NCBI GenBank assembly: GCA_973851085.1
Contig: OZ316776.1
Span: forward strand, 13,392,001 to 13,456,000
Reading direction: 5' to 3'
DNA length: 64,000 nt
DNA from: Ptychomitrium polyphyllum
Lineage: Eukaryota
Shown: piece after piece, positions 1 to 12,771 of the stretch
Layout of the letters: each line of letters begins with the position of its first letter
Numbering within the stretch: the stretch's first letter is position 1
Made by a program: the position numbers and the translations under genes
Notes under the pieces: generated by a model
What the model saw: the letters and a program-made list of their open reading frames with translations, nothing else
What the model was told of the DNA's origin: nothing
Databases searched by the model: none

Positions 1-13
1 GTACTGTTCACAG

Positions 14-302
14 TTGGATATCTTGATCCACCTGATCAATTCTCATCTTGGAAAGGTTGACATCCAGTTGAATTGAATCATTTCAAAAGAATTACAATGT
101 TGTAGCTCTATATTTGATACTTTCAGCTCGTAAGCAAGAGTATATTGAGTGTTCTGTTGCATATATTTTGGGCGTTCTACAGCGCCGTTTTGAATCCGGA
201 GAGTTGAGTGAGGATCTCATCGAGAATGTATATAAGACACATTTCTTTATCGAGTTCGATAATGCAATGACTTCTGAGTTCGAAGGTGATGAACATGTGT
301 AG
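14..302 (+). CDS. 3' end (last two exons) of an unidentified gene entering from the left edge
   Basis: cacag|exon 14-55|GT...tttcag|exon 127-302. Phases match (G+CT=Ala) and give ...GYLDPPDQFSSWKARKQEYIECSVAYILGVLQRRFESGELSEDLIENVYKTHFFIEFDNAMTSEFEGDEHV*. No family recognised. Confidence 0.5.
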
Positions 303-1984
303 ATGTTGTTTTAGCTGGAATTGGTATGACTAATTGTGAAGGTAATTGGAGGGTTAGGTGCAAAAGTCACTACACTCTTCATGGTATTCTGAAATGACTT
401 AAGTAGGTATCCTATTTGTGAAGTACCTGATAATATCCATGTTTGTCTCATATTATTCAACAACAAGTACATTCATGACATCTCAAGTTTCTCTTGAAGT
501 GGTTAAGCAACAGGCAAGCAAATTTTCTTTGGCATGCAAGGTTGCAAGAAGCATACTTATGTGGACAATTATGCTGGCATAATATGTGTTCAAAATCGAA
601 AGCAGTATTGTTGGATTTGAATGCCACAATTTAGAATTTTTTTTTTTTAATTAAACACATCCATATTGTCATCTTTAATAAATAAATGTATGGATTGAAC
701 TTTGGAGGGAGAGGAAGTTGCAATTCATTATTTGATAATGAATGATAAAATTATGGCTTAGCATGTTCTTCTATAGCATTAGGAGATTAGACAAATCTTA
801 TTTTCTCCAAATAATATTTGATATTATAAGAAGTATCAATGTGTAAATGCAGATGGATTTTTGTTTGTAAGAAAAGCAATGATTTCATATACAATGCAAT
901 TAGGAATGAATGGAGCATAAATAATTTAGCAACTTTTTTAGCTTGGAAAATAATTGTAGCTTAGTACAATGACTATTTTGAAGATGCAGAGGTAATAGTA
1001 GGTAGACTAGTCATGGCATAGTTGTATACTGAATCAACTTTGTTCATATCTTTTGCATCCAAAGCTCAAATCACTTGAGATTTATAACATTGAAAAGTTT
1101 ACTTAGTCTCCCAATTTTAAACAGTCACATATATTTCAAGAAAATTTGACTTTCCATACTTAATTTCACTCCAAAATACAGTTAACAGCATATGTTGGGC
1201 ATAATAAAATTAATATGAATATTATCCCTTCATCCTTGTTTTTGATTTAGTGACATACGAAAATTAGTGTAGGTGACACAATTTCCTAATCCTAAACCGA
1301 AATATGGCCACCTAAATCAGAATATAGTGCAGAAGAGATATATCTTCATTTTGCTCAAGCCTTGGGCATGTGTGTGGAAACTGTAGTTAATCTGGGAATT
1401 ATTTGCCTAACAGGTCAAGAGACCTCGTCCTACGTTTCTGTTTGTCAACGTTACGTCATGGGCGATAGCTAACTTGAGCACCGTCGTCCAAATTGCATTT
1501 GGAATGTAAATTGGAGTCTAGTTACAAAAATGAGCAGAGAAGGGTGATATCTTCAAGTCCAGAATTTTAAATACAACTGCAGCATCTCCATAACATGCCA
1601 TAGGGATATTGTCAAAAATAGAAACGATTGAGGATTATTTCAAACGTTTCCCCCATCCATCCCTGTTAGAAAACGATTTAGTCGGCATCATAACTTCCGG
1701 CACTCATATGGACAGGACTCACTCCTAAACATGGCTGTGATTCCAATCAGGAGATTTAACTGGGTCACACACTAATGCTTTTATACCAAAAACCGTTTCA
1801 GTTCAGATGCTCATAAATAAATGAAACAAATATTCCGCTTGTAGTAACAAGCCTCGCTTGCAAATAGCAAGGTCCACATTGTTTGAATAAGGTGAAGCAC
1901 ACAAAAGTACCACAAAAGGCTTTGAATGATGTGGTCCAGTAAATGATTGAACTGAAATTATAACTAAACAACTATTAGCCAGGC

Positions 1985-4900
1985 TCAGCTGAGCCAGCGT
2001 GCAATGCCATCTTCTTCACCAACAGCTGCAAGAATCTTCATGGATACTTGCATAGTTACCTGCACATTTTGTACACATCCCATAGGTAACACATGAGCAT
2101 AAAGTCGCTATGCCTCTGAAAACTCTACGTGCTCTACGAACATACGCCCTAAGGCAAATCCTAAACCTTTGACACTGAGAACTGCATGTGAAGGTTACAT
2201 AAACAATCCCAGAAATCTCAATGTGCAGAAAGCAAAAACTTGTTGAGAGAGGGGAGACTACTCACGGAACGAAATCTGCTGTTGGTCAAACTGCAATTAT
2301 CGAGCTGACGACCTTCCACAATCCAGCTTTCCCACACATCAAATGTATGGTTAACAAACACCAGCTCCAGCTTCTTATTAGCCTGTACTCTCCCACGTGT
2401 GAGATTGATGTGCACATCCATCATCGCTAGTACAGACAAATCTAGGTGGTACAACCAGAGAAACATTCTAGGATGAAGCTGCCTGCTTCGAAATCAGCAT
2501 ACTTTTAAAACTAGATGAGAAGTCATATTAGCACCCAAAGAAATTTGATCTGACCTGCAGAAGCTTGCCACCAGCAGCTAAAGACCGTAGACCAATGCGA
2601 TCCTGCAGGATAGACCAGGGCATGAGATGCACGGTGCAGGAGAAGCGATGCAGACTGCAGAAGGAGAAGAATAATGTGGAGACGTGGAGAGCCTAGGAAA
2701 GGGAGCGGACGTACCCGATTGCGAACTACAACAAGGAACTGCGAGGCAGGATCACGGGGGGTGACATCGAACATGATGTCTAAGCACCATCCTCGCCCAG
2801 GCCCACGCTGGCGGGCCACGTAGTAACCACCGCCGGGCACTGCATGCAAAGCAATTACATAGCCCTCCTTGAGCTGATCGATTGCAAAGCCCGTGGACGT
2901 CATGCCAGTCACTTGCTCTCGCCCACTCATCAATGGTGGCATCTCTATTATCGCCTTGAGGTTGCCCTCCCGTGGGGACCCAAATCGAGCCTCCGAGTTA
3001 CTGAGCCTGGTCTCTCGCGCACTGCTACTCGCACCTGCACTGGCACTGGTGCCCTGATCATCTCGGGATGGTGCAATCCAGTCTATTTCTCGATCTTGCA
3101 CTTGGAATAAGTCCAGGTTATGCTGCGACTTTCTCCGTCCCGACCGCTTCTTGGCCTTCTTTCCTGACCCTCTGCCTTGATTGCCATGTCCCACCTCATG
3201 CTGCTTCAAATTCGAGCTTTCTAGGCCTGAATCCTGACTTAGCGAGCGAGCATCCTGCGCTTGAAACACCATCTGACTCAGCCTGTACTCTGATCCAGAC
3301 GTGGTTATTTCAACTGGATGATGCTTCGCCTCTTCTTCTCTCAAGCTCTCCTTCACAATCCCCGGGCGACGCTCTAGCGTGAACGTGTCATAATACTCGT
3401 CATCATCGGAGTTTGAAATTTCTTCTGCAATCGAACCTGTGACTAGATACGACCGCACTGTTTCCACAGCCTTTTCCCGGATTTCTAGCCACACCTCCTC
3501 ACTATATTCTGCACTCCGTGGTAGGACTAGCACATTTGGCATTTCCCTCACCTGCCACCACCGTTACCCCAGCTCAACAAGTTGCTGCACTTGACAGTGG
3601 ATTCAACGATCTTCTCAGATCTTAACATGCATGCAATGAACCTAATATTCTGTCTACCCTGCTTCAGGATTGTCGAATATGAAAACTGTCCAAACCTAGC
3701 AGCTTTTATGTAACACACATAAGGCAAGGGAAGAGCAACCGTACCCAAGCTTCTAGCCAGTGAGGACCCTCCACACCGTCTAATGCACAGCCAGCCAACT
3801 TGCCATCAATAATTGCCTGCTTGACTGCGCAATCATCGAGCAAGTGGCTGCTACTCGTGTTTACAAGAATCGCACCTGCAGAACAGTCAGCTTGTACTTA
3901 AATTCAATTGACAACTCACCACCAACCTAACTTGGTCAATTAATGTCAAACAGCAGGACCATGCCGTAGCCCCAGGCATCCTCCACTTACATATGCTAGT
4001 GTACCTCCGAAACACCGACTTCCAATGAAGCCGATGACTAAAATCTACTGGACCACAATACACGATTTTAGTCCAAGGGTGGTCATCAAAGAATACCTCG
4101 CTTCATCGAATCTAGAGCTTCGACGTTGATGAGCTGCACAGTATCATTGGTGAGTCCACAATGAAGAGAGACAATGTCACTGGAAGCAAGCAGCTCTTTC
4201 AGACTGTTGACCTTCGTTGCAGTGACTGGCAGCCGTCTCTTGCCTCCCTGTTGTCCTTCGACATTCTGCGCATCACCGAGCAATCAACTAGCATCATTGT
4301 GAGCAAGAGTTTGGAGTAAGGGAAAACCTTGGAAGAAAAGCTGGAGAAATGACCTAATTCAGGATCGCTTTGAGCAAGGGACACAGAAGAGGAGGGGGTA
4401 TCACCTCAGGGTCGAAATACACAACCACCATGCGGAACGCAAGGCTCCGAACGGCGACCGCGCAGGCCGTGGCGGACGCGCCAATAATGCCCAGCACTAG
4501 CCCCTTGCATCGGTGCATCCCGGTGCAAACGGACTGCGTGGTGCCCAGCCACCCCGCCGCACTGGCGTGCCCCTTCCTAGCTAAGACATGAGTGTGGCGC
4601 AGCAGCCCCAGCATCAACGCCAACGTGGTGTCCGCCACCTCCTCCACGCGCTTGCTGTCCACATGAATCAACTGCAACCCCAGCTCCGACGCCAGAGTCG
4701 ACTCCATGCCCTTGTCTAAACAGCTCAAGCAAAGAATGAGCTGCCAGGGTTTCAATCTCCGCTGCGCTGCCCCCGGCAGATATGCCAGGGACGACATCAA
4801 CACAGCCATCGCGTTCTCGATCTTCCCTTCCGTCACTTGCGTCAACCCTACATGCCGAAACTCTGCAATGCCCACCAGCGCCTCTTGCTCCAGGCGGCAG

Positions 4901-5124
4901 TCTTCCAGGCAATTCAGGGCCACCACCAGTGGCAATGCCTGAGAAGCCTCCCCCTCCACCATCGTCACATCTCTCTGCCACTGCTGCGAGTTCCCCGCCA
5001 CTGCAAGCATTGCTCCATTCCCTGCCACTGCCATATCATCGGAGCTCCGCCGTTGCAGCGATGGCGCCCCAGCCATCGCTCTCAATTCCGTCATCCCTAC
5101 GGGCCCTCGCGTACCCGTGCGCAT
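1985..5124 (-). CDS. AN: ANGUSTIFOLIA (plant CtBP/BARS-like, D2-HDH fold), full-length type with plant C-terminal domain, ~698 aa, 7 exons
   Basis: Exons (-): 5124-4405, 4265-4097, 3875-3745, 3551-2715, 2602-2555, 2382-2266, 2059-1985; all GT-AG and frame-consistent. Motifs: LPLVVALNCLED, EEVADTTLALMLGLLR, SDIVSLHC, REMPNVLVLPRSAEYSEEVW, RDPASQFLV, GLRSLAAGGKLLQ, FDVWESW, DGIARWLS*. Start Met uncertain (several in-frame ATGs). Confidence 0.96.
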
Positions 5125-7274
5125 GCTCTCCCTTCCCCTGCCTAGATGCTCCTAGCAGCTGTCGTAGCCTGATCGACCACTTCAAACTCCAGCTTCGCCC
5201 CTCGCTTGTCAGATCTCGGCATTCAACGCCTTCAAGGGATGCTCGCGTCGGGTGGCCCCCTCGCCGGCTCCCCTGGAGCCCAACATCTAAAGTTAACAGT
5301 CCTCCTCCAGAGCACTTTCTCCGAGAACCCACGACCTACAGCACCACATCAACAAGCATTGACTTCCTCCCAGCTATGGCGATGTCGCCACCGAGTGCAG
5401 AAAGCAATAAATGCGGGCCACCTGAAACTGGAACTATATGTATGTAAACCTAGATTCTCTGCCGGATCACGAAGTCCTTGGAGTCGACCATGCCCAAAAT
5501 CCTGAAGCGTGAGGTAGGCAGGAAGCTCAGAGCAAGAGTGCTTGAAAAGTACCACCATCATCAAATGATAAACCTCTGCAGCAGCACTTGATGAAGCCGC
5601 AGCACGTGCCGTCGTAATTACAGCGGTCCTCCATTCAGAGATTACCCTCGCACGACGCCCCAAACTCTACCTTCCTACCACGGTGCGCGTTAGGAGAAGC
5701 CAATTTGGGGCCGATCAAAACGCAAGAGGAAAAGCGTCACATGGTGACAGCGACTATGGGGACGAGGTGCAGCACCCCAGCAGCCCAAAAAGGTCGCTCA
5801 CCACGGAAAATAGGGAAGGGATCGATGCGGCGTCGTCATGTGCTCATGGTCATCAAGGCTGGAATGTATCGGTCATATTTTGTTGGATCGGGAGATCATC
5901 GGCATGTTCTTCCAAGTGAGGAGGAGCAATTGGGGCGACGAGGGAGAAATCCGTCCACGTGGGGGGTCGGCTGAGGTGGAGAAAGAGAAAACGGGGCCCC
6001 CGGCTGACTGCCAGTTTGGCTGCACCCTCACCCGCGACGAGCCTGCTACTAGGGCGGGATGGTATCGCCAAGGACCGCGCCACGGAAACCTCGGCGTTTC
6101 TTTCGGCATACATAGCCTTTGCATTCTCCGGAGCCCGGCGTCTGTTCTGTGGGTTCGTTATAAAACCGGATGCCATGGATGGAAGTTGTGCCGCTGCTTT
6201 AGCAGTAACAGCAAGTTCTCTCCCGGCATGTACTGTTGCTGAGATGCCCACAATATTGCAACAGGAGGAGCAGCATCTTTGCCCACGGCGCACGGCGTTC
6301 GACGTTGCTGGTGGGCTCCAGTCACGTTGGATTTCGGATCCCAGAAGGCAGCGCGCGACTCATCCGCGCTAGCCCCCGCCTTTCCGTTGTCCCCCGTAGC
6401 TGTGTGTCTAGTGGCTCTTGAGCGCCGCCCCCATCTCCCGACCATTTTCAGGATCTGGCCCCTGGCGTACGTTTTCTATTGCTCGTCTGTGACGGGTTGC
6501 GGCGGAGCCCCATTTTCTTCTTCCTTCGGCAGGCAGCATGATCTTGATGCCATGGCGCAGGCCGCGGCAGTGGCGGAGCCTCTGGAATTACCGGTGATTT
6601 GTTTCTGAGGAGTTTGTAGTGGCTCGTGAATGCGCAGATCAGCAGGCGCCACGTTCTCTATGCTTTCCCTCGTCGTCGTCGTGTCTTCTTCTTTTTACTT
6701 ATTTTACTTCTTGTTCAGTTTTTACAGCAGCTCTTCCCATTCCAGCTCTCAGAGTGTTCCACAGCGTTGCGGATGTAGAATGTAGAGAGCGAGAAAAACA
6801 TTTCGGAAGGGACGATTCTGGACAGTAGACTACTCCCGCTCTGCATAGATTGCGTCTCCGATAGATGTGTCGTAGCACGCCGTCACCTCTGCAAGATTAA
6901 GCAGGCAGGGGTTTCATGGGCTCGATTCATTGGGAACGAAGAGAATGGCATTGATTTGGAATGCTGAATTCGATCTTTGGGCTAAATCCCTGCGGAGAAT
7001 GGATCGTGTTTTTTCTTCTAGTCGCCCCCAGTCAATTCCTGCTCGGGCCTTGTAGTCCGAAGAATTGTTTTTTGGAGTGTGTTTCAAGGGCAGTTGGTCA
7101 TTACCGAAGTCTTGGATCATGGTCGAGGTGTGTTAGGAAGTAGAAAGGCTGAGTGGGGCATTCAATTCGTCGTGTATGCATAAACCCTTGGGATAAACCC
7201 CAGTTTTTGGGTCTTAGGCATGGGGGCAACGTGTGGCATTGCATTCTACTGCTAAGAGTGGTTACGGTGCAACC

Positions 7275-10200
7275 ATGGTGATGTCGGACTCGATGGTGCT
7301 GCTGCCCAGCAATGTGAGCCAGGATTATCGACAAATGGAGTTCTGGGATGGCTATTACCGGGCCCGCAATGGGCTGGCAATGGAGTGGCTTTGTGAGTGG
7401 ACAGATTTGCAAGGATTTCTGGCAATGCTAGTGCCCAAGCCCAAGAGTATTGCGGTGCCAATTTTGGTGGCAGGGTGTGGCAATTCGGAGCTGTCGGCGC
7501 ATATGTACGATGCAGGGTGGCACAATATCATCAACGTGGATTTCTCCAAGGTGGTCATTGCAGAAATGCTGCGTTTGCACGTGCGCTCTCGTCCTCACAT
7601 GCGCTGGCAGGTCATGGACATCACACATTTACAGGTACTTGTCTTTGGATAGCTCCCATACTTCTGCTTTCTTGAGCTCGCAAGAAGTGCACGTCCTGTT
7701 CAGCGATTCCTAAATATATGGATGCAGTTCGCAGATTCATGTTTCGACATGGTCCTGGACAAGGGCAGTCTGGACGTCTTGATGGGCGAGGTGACAGAGA
7801 GCCCACTTCCAGCTATCAGTTATCTTTCGGAGGTCCGTGTTCCTTGGCGACGCTTTTGTTTGCAATTCTTTGGATTTCACAATCTGATTTTGAACCGGAA
7901 TATTCACATTCAAGCTCTAATGGCCTTTTGGAAGTTGTTACAAGGTTATGGACGTGGGTTTCACTATTGATTGCTACATTCTAGAACACTGAATATATTG
8001 TGCTACTTACCTGCTCATTCCTCCCTGGCCTTCATATGTTTCCTGGTCTTGTAAATGTTCCTAGCAAAAAGTCAGTAAACAGCCTCGCTGGTATCAGGGC
8101 GATTTTCTTATATTGCGGCCTTCATATTTTTTTTTGTCTTCCATTGGTAAACTGTTTTAACGTATCTCTGTCATTCATATGATAAGGTGAAGTTAAAGAT
8201 TGGAGCCGATTTGGGTTTGGGACAGGTCAAGCGCGTGCTGCGACCAGGAGGAAAGTATGCATGCGTGACACAGGCTCAGAACGATGTCTTAGGTTAATCT
8301 CAGTACTTTTTTTTTTATTATTTCTTTTTTGCGTTTTTTTTGTTGCATTTGTTTCTTTCGTTGATTTTCTGCATAATGGCGATAAGGGTCCACAGATGGA
8401 TCTCTCAATGAGAATGACAAGATGGTGTCTTACCGTGTATACTAATATCTGTTCTATTATTGATTACTAAATTTGATCCTTATTTTGCCCTTCATGTACT
8501 TCTGCCTATTGATCAATTGTGGATTTTTTTTTTTAATTGATAGTCACTACCTTCGAACTGGCACTTAGCATATTGTGTGGATTTGGATGAGTGCAGGGTT
8601 ATTGCTAGAGACTTTCAGACAAGGCTGGCTTCTCAATGTTCACAAAATTTTGCTGGTGTCGAATACTTCTGAACCGTTGTTGCATCCCTACCTGGTGTAC
8701 GCAATAAAGAGCAGTACAGAGGATTTAGCACCAGTGACGTGCTTCCTTGGAAGCACTCTGAATCCATGTGCTGAAACCCAGGTGCATATCATCATTCTTT
8801 GATTTAAGGAGTTGCTGGAAAGGACAAATATAATAATCTATAAACATAGACCCTTCGACTTCCCCTGTGTACACTGAAAATAGTTCCTGCTCCTGTGCTT
8901 GATAGTGCTTGATAGCTCTCCTGTCTAAAGTGTCTATTATTGATTGCAATGAAGCCAACTTTTCACGAACGATTTTTTCTGATATATTTCTTGTAATATT
9001 CATATGGTTTGGTGGGAAATGTATAGACCCCATGAGCTTTCTGTCTTAGGAATCTATTTTCTGAACTTATGAATGGATGCTTGTTTGTTTCAAGGCAGTT
9101 AGATCCAATTTAGAGTACCATTATCATCACTTTGTAGAATAAGGTAGGTGTTCAATTCTTACTGCAATTGCAGGATATTGGTACCGCTAGGCATGTGTGC
9201 AGCAGTTGACTGGTTTTTGTTACTTGATTTGCAGATGAAAATCATAATAGAGAAAATCAAAGAGGAAAATGAGCTCCGCAGTGAAGGAGGGTTTGTTGAT
9301 ACTTCAGATGTTTTTGGACAACTTCACCGAGGCCGAAGGACACCTCTAAAGCTGGGCGGACATTATCCAGCAGTTGTTTTAGATGCTAAACCGGATGCAG
9401 AGCCGCCTGCCCTTCGTTGTGGTGTCTTCTTAGTACCTAAAGTGAGTTCATAATCTGACCAGTGTAATCCCAAACAGTCACAGGAATTACTTGGCAGATT
9501 TGAGTAAACTGTGACGTAGACATCGTCTAACTTGATTGTTGCGGTTTGGTCCACAGAGTCGAGCTCGTGAGTGGCTATTTTCATCTGAAGAAGGACAATG
9601 GCAGGTTATCGAGTCTGCACAAGCAGGCCGTCTAATATTGGTATACCACAGTCTCGTCAGTATGTCAGTATGTCGCCATACTGCCATTTCAATTCCCCTA
9701 AATGTCTCGGTCTATATGGCCTTGCTCTGAATTGCGTCATGCAGATTGTTATAACACGGACTTAACTTGGATTCCATTCTTCAATATGCATCATTTATGA
9801 ACTATCAATGTATCAACCTGCTTTGTGTTTGGATTGCAGGTCACATTGGATGCTCAGCAGACGGACAATATGGACTACATCAAGGTGAAATTATTCCCTG
9901 AGTAGTATGTTTCCATCTGGATGGTATTTATTAAACCATTGCTATGGCTGATAGAATTGACAAGTAACGCTGGTGATTATGGGAGTCCAGTCATTGCAGT
10001 GCCATAAGCCCTTGCCAGATTATATGTTTCACTTTTATGACCGAGTCGTATGTTGCTTGGATGCTCTCTATGCAGCAAGAGTTGTCGCCTTTCATCAAGC
10101 CCTTGCTACCTTTGGACTGCCGAGATTCAGATACAATTTCGTAAGTTTATTCAGCCAACATTCTAGAGTAGTTTAAAACTTTGAAAGTAGTTTAGAATCT

Positions 10201-12771
10201 ATTCTTCCTTTCTTAACTTTTGGGTGTAGCATGTTCTCTTACTGTAGGGCCAATGTTTTGATCTGTTGACGTGTGGTTGATGTGAATTCCTCTCAGGTAT
10301 ATGACTACAAATGATGCTTTAAGTCAGAGGATTCTACTGGAGGAGGTTAGTTATGTAGACTGACATTTAATTAGTATGTTCGATTCAAAACAAATGTCGT
10401 CATTCTAGTTGCTAGTACCTCACAATTTGATGATGCCTAGAGTATTGGCTGTGAGGTGCAGATCGAGTCCCCAATGACTGGCACAATACACGTGGAGGAG
10501 TTGGTGCTGCTAAGCGAGGATGATTCACTTGCCAGCTCGGCTGAAGAAGCAAAGCCAAAGCAGTACCGACGACTTGTTTTTCGTAGGAATCCCAATTTGA
10601 TACAGTCAGAGGCTTCTTTGATACCTGTCAAGGTTCTTAGCAAAGAGCGCGACCGGAGCAAAAACGGGGCTGATGTTGGAAGACGACAGAGTGGAAACAG
10701 GAAAAAGCATAAGGCCAGGGATTCAGTTTTGAGTCTTAGAGCAGGTAGTTTTGAAAATCTGGATTCAAATTTTGAGGTGTTTTATTGAAAGGTAGATGGA
10801 TATCTTGGTGTGCTTGGCATTGAGGATAAAGTAGGGACTAATTACTCGACTAGGTCACTGGACTATATTGACCTGTCTACAGTAGGTACGTGTTTCTTCC
10901 GAAGGTACAGGTTACTGTGATGACTGATGACGAAGTTACATGGTTGCAGGTTATGAAGTAAGGGTTGATTTTAGTTACTTGGCGAGTGAATATCATGCAG
11001 GGATGATATCTGGCCTGTCTCTGATTGCTCACAATTTGGAGCAGTGTGTATCAGTAAAGGAGCCGGTATGTCTTCTATCCCTCACATCTGCAATACTTGT
11101 ACATATACTTAATTGACTAGTGTTCTCATAGGAACCATCACAAAATTTACCATTGAATGTGCATGATATAGTGGAAGTCACTTGTGCCGTGTGCTTGTTA
11201 GTGGCATCTTGTCATCTCAATAGGAATTGAAATGCAGCCGTCATGTGTAGCCAGGAACACAGCTTTCTTTAAATGTGTGCCCCACTTATGAAGTCACAAT
11301 GGTGGATTGGCCTGTAAGGTGTATTCGTGGTTTTGAAAATCAATCGTGCTGAATCGTGGGATGTTCAGATAAGAGCTATGATTGTTGGGCTTGGAGCAGG
11401 ACTACTACCTATGTTTGTACACAACCACATTCCAGTTGATATAATTCAGGTTGTGGAGGTCGATGGAGTAGTGGGTGATGTGGCAAAACGTCACTTCGGG
11501 TTTGTGGAAAATGAACGCATGCAGGTATGTTCAGCAGATTCTCCAAAACAAGTTAATATTAACAACTTGCTTCTCCAAAAACCACTCTCTTGATATTTAA
11601 GGTATGGATTGAAGAATGTACATATGCAGTTTGTGCGAACAAGGCATGCTCAGTGATACTTTGCATCGCAGCCCCTAGTTCCCTTACGGCTAGCCTGAAT
11701 TCACACTACACAAGCATCCAGAGGGGGCACGCAATGAAAAATTATCTGATTATCTAAACAGCATGATTTTATGAACAACATCATCGCCGGCATTGTCTCG
11801 AAACAGTTTCTGTGAGGTTGCTGCATGAATTCTCTATTTTTGGTTTTGCAATTGAGTTGGGTTGAGCTTGTGAATTTTTTTGTTTGCCTTGTAGCTTCAG
11901 ATTGCTGATGGAATAGAAGCTGTGGGCGCGATCGCAAGAAAGACGTCCGCTGTACCACGCAGCGGCTTGTTGGAGGAGAATCTTTCTCTGCTGAAGTTAG
12001 TGCCGAGGAAGGCCGAAATGGGCTCCCCAGCAGCTTCACTTGCAGAAGGTCATGGAATTAGCAACGAGTACCAAAAGTTACATATATTAATCATTGATGC
12101 TGACTCAGAAGATCCGAGGTAGGTTGTGTCGTGCCAAGTGCAAAGCGAATTCTTATCGGTTCTGGGAGTGTACAACTGTTGTAATTCTGAGCCAGGTAGA
12201 GCATAGAAATACGTGAGGTTGGATCACAGTGTGCAAGCGACTGGTATTGTGAATTGGTTGGTAATGTTAGTGAAGCTGATTGTTGAGTGCTGTGCACGAG
12301 TGTAGTACTGGGTTGAGCTGTCCACCGGCGGAATTTTTGGAGGAGGCATTCTTGCGGACAGCAAGAGAAGCGCTGGTCGAAGGGGGCATCCTGGCTATCA
12401 ATGTGGTGTCACGAGCGTCATCCCCTCACATCACATCAGTGGCGCTGCTGCAAAAGGTGACCACTGGTGCTGGGTCTGCAATCAATATGTATATGCTGAT
12501 GTTTTCTTGGGTGCTGAGCGAATGTGGAGTTCCTGAGTGGGTTCATGGTGTGGGGTGTGGATTGTGGGTGTAGGTCTTTGAGGAAGTGTATGATTTAGAG
12601 ATCGAGGAGCACGTGAATCGGGTCCTGTTTGCTCTGCCACAGCAAAGGGAGAGCCGGGGGGGCATGGGCGAGGCCAGAATGAGGCTGGAGAGACTAGCAG
12701 AGGCGTTTTCACCGTGGGAGAATGGCCCTTCTGTGGAGGAGTATCTGAAGAAGCTCAAGCGACTCAAGTGA
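7275..12771 (+). CDS. METTL13: eEF1A lysine and N-terminal methyltransferase (METTL13/eEF1A-KNMT-like), two SAM-dependent MTase domains, ~764 aa, 15 exons
   Basis: Exons (+): 7275-7634, 7728-7832, 8226-8292, 8597-8781, 9235-9441, 9557-9640, 9840-9884, 10076-10140, 10297-10345, 10462-10744, 10950-11065, 11369-11524, 11895-12118, 12306-12456, 12574-12771; frame-consistent. Motifs: EFWDGYY..EW, ILVAGCGNSELS, FDMVLDKGSLD, FLVPKSRAREWLFSSEEGQ, RRLVFRRNPNLIQSEA, IVGLGAGLLPMF, GLSCPPAEF. Confidence 0.94.

Noticed and set aside
2523..2714. C-terminal tail of the 342-aa AN ORF (VRPLPFLG...)
   Set aside because: Intron read-through; conserved AN sequence resumes in another frame at exon 2602-2555.
5349..6608. 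Many overlapping 60-146 aa ORFs between AN and METTL13
   Set aside because: GC-rich divergent promoter and leader sequence gives long frames on both strands; no recognisable domain.
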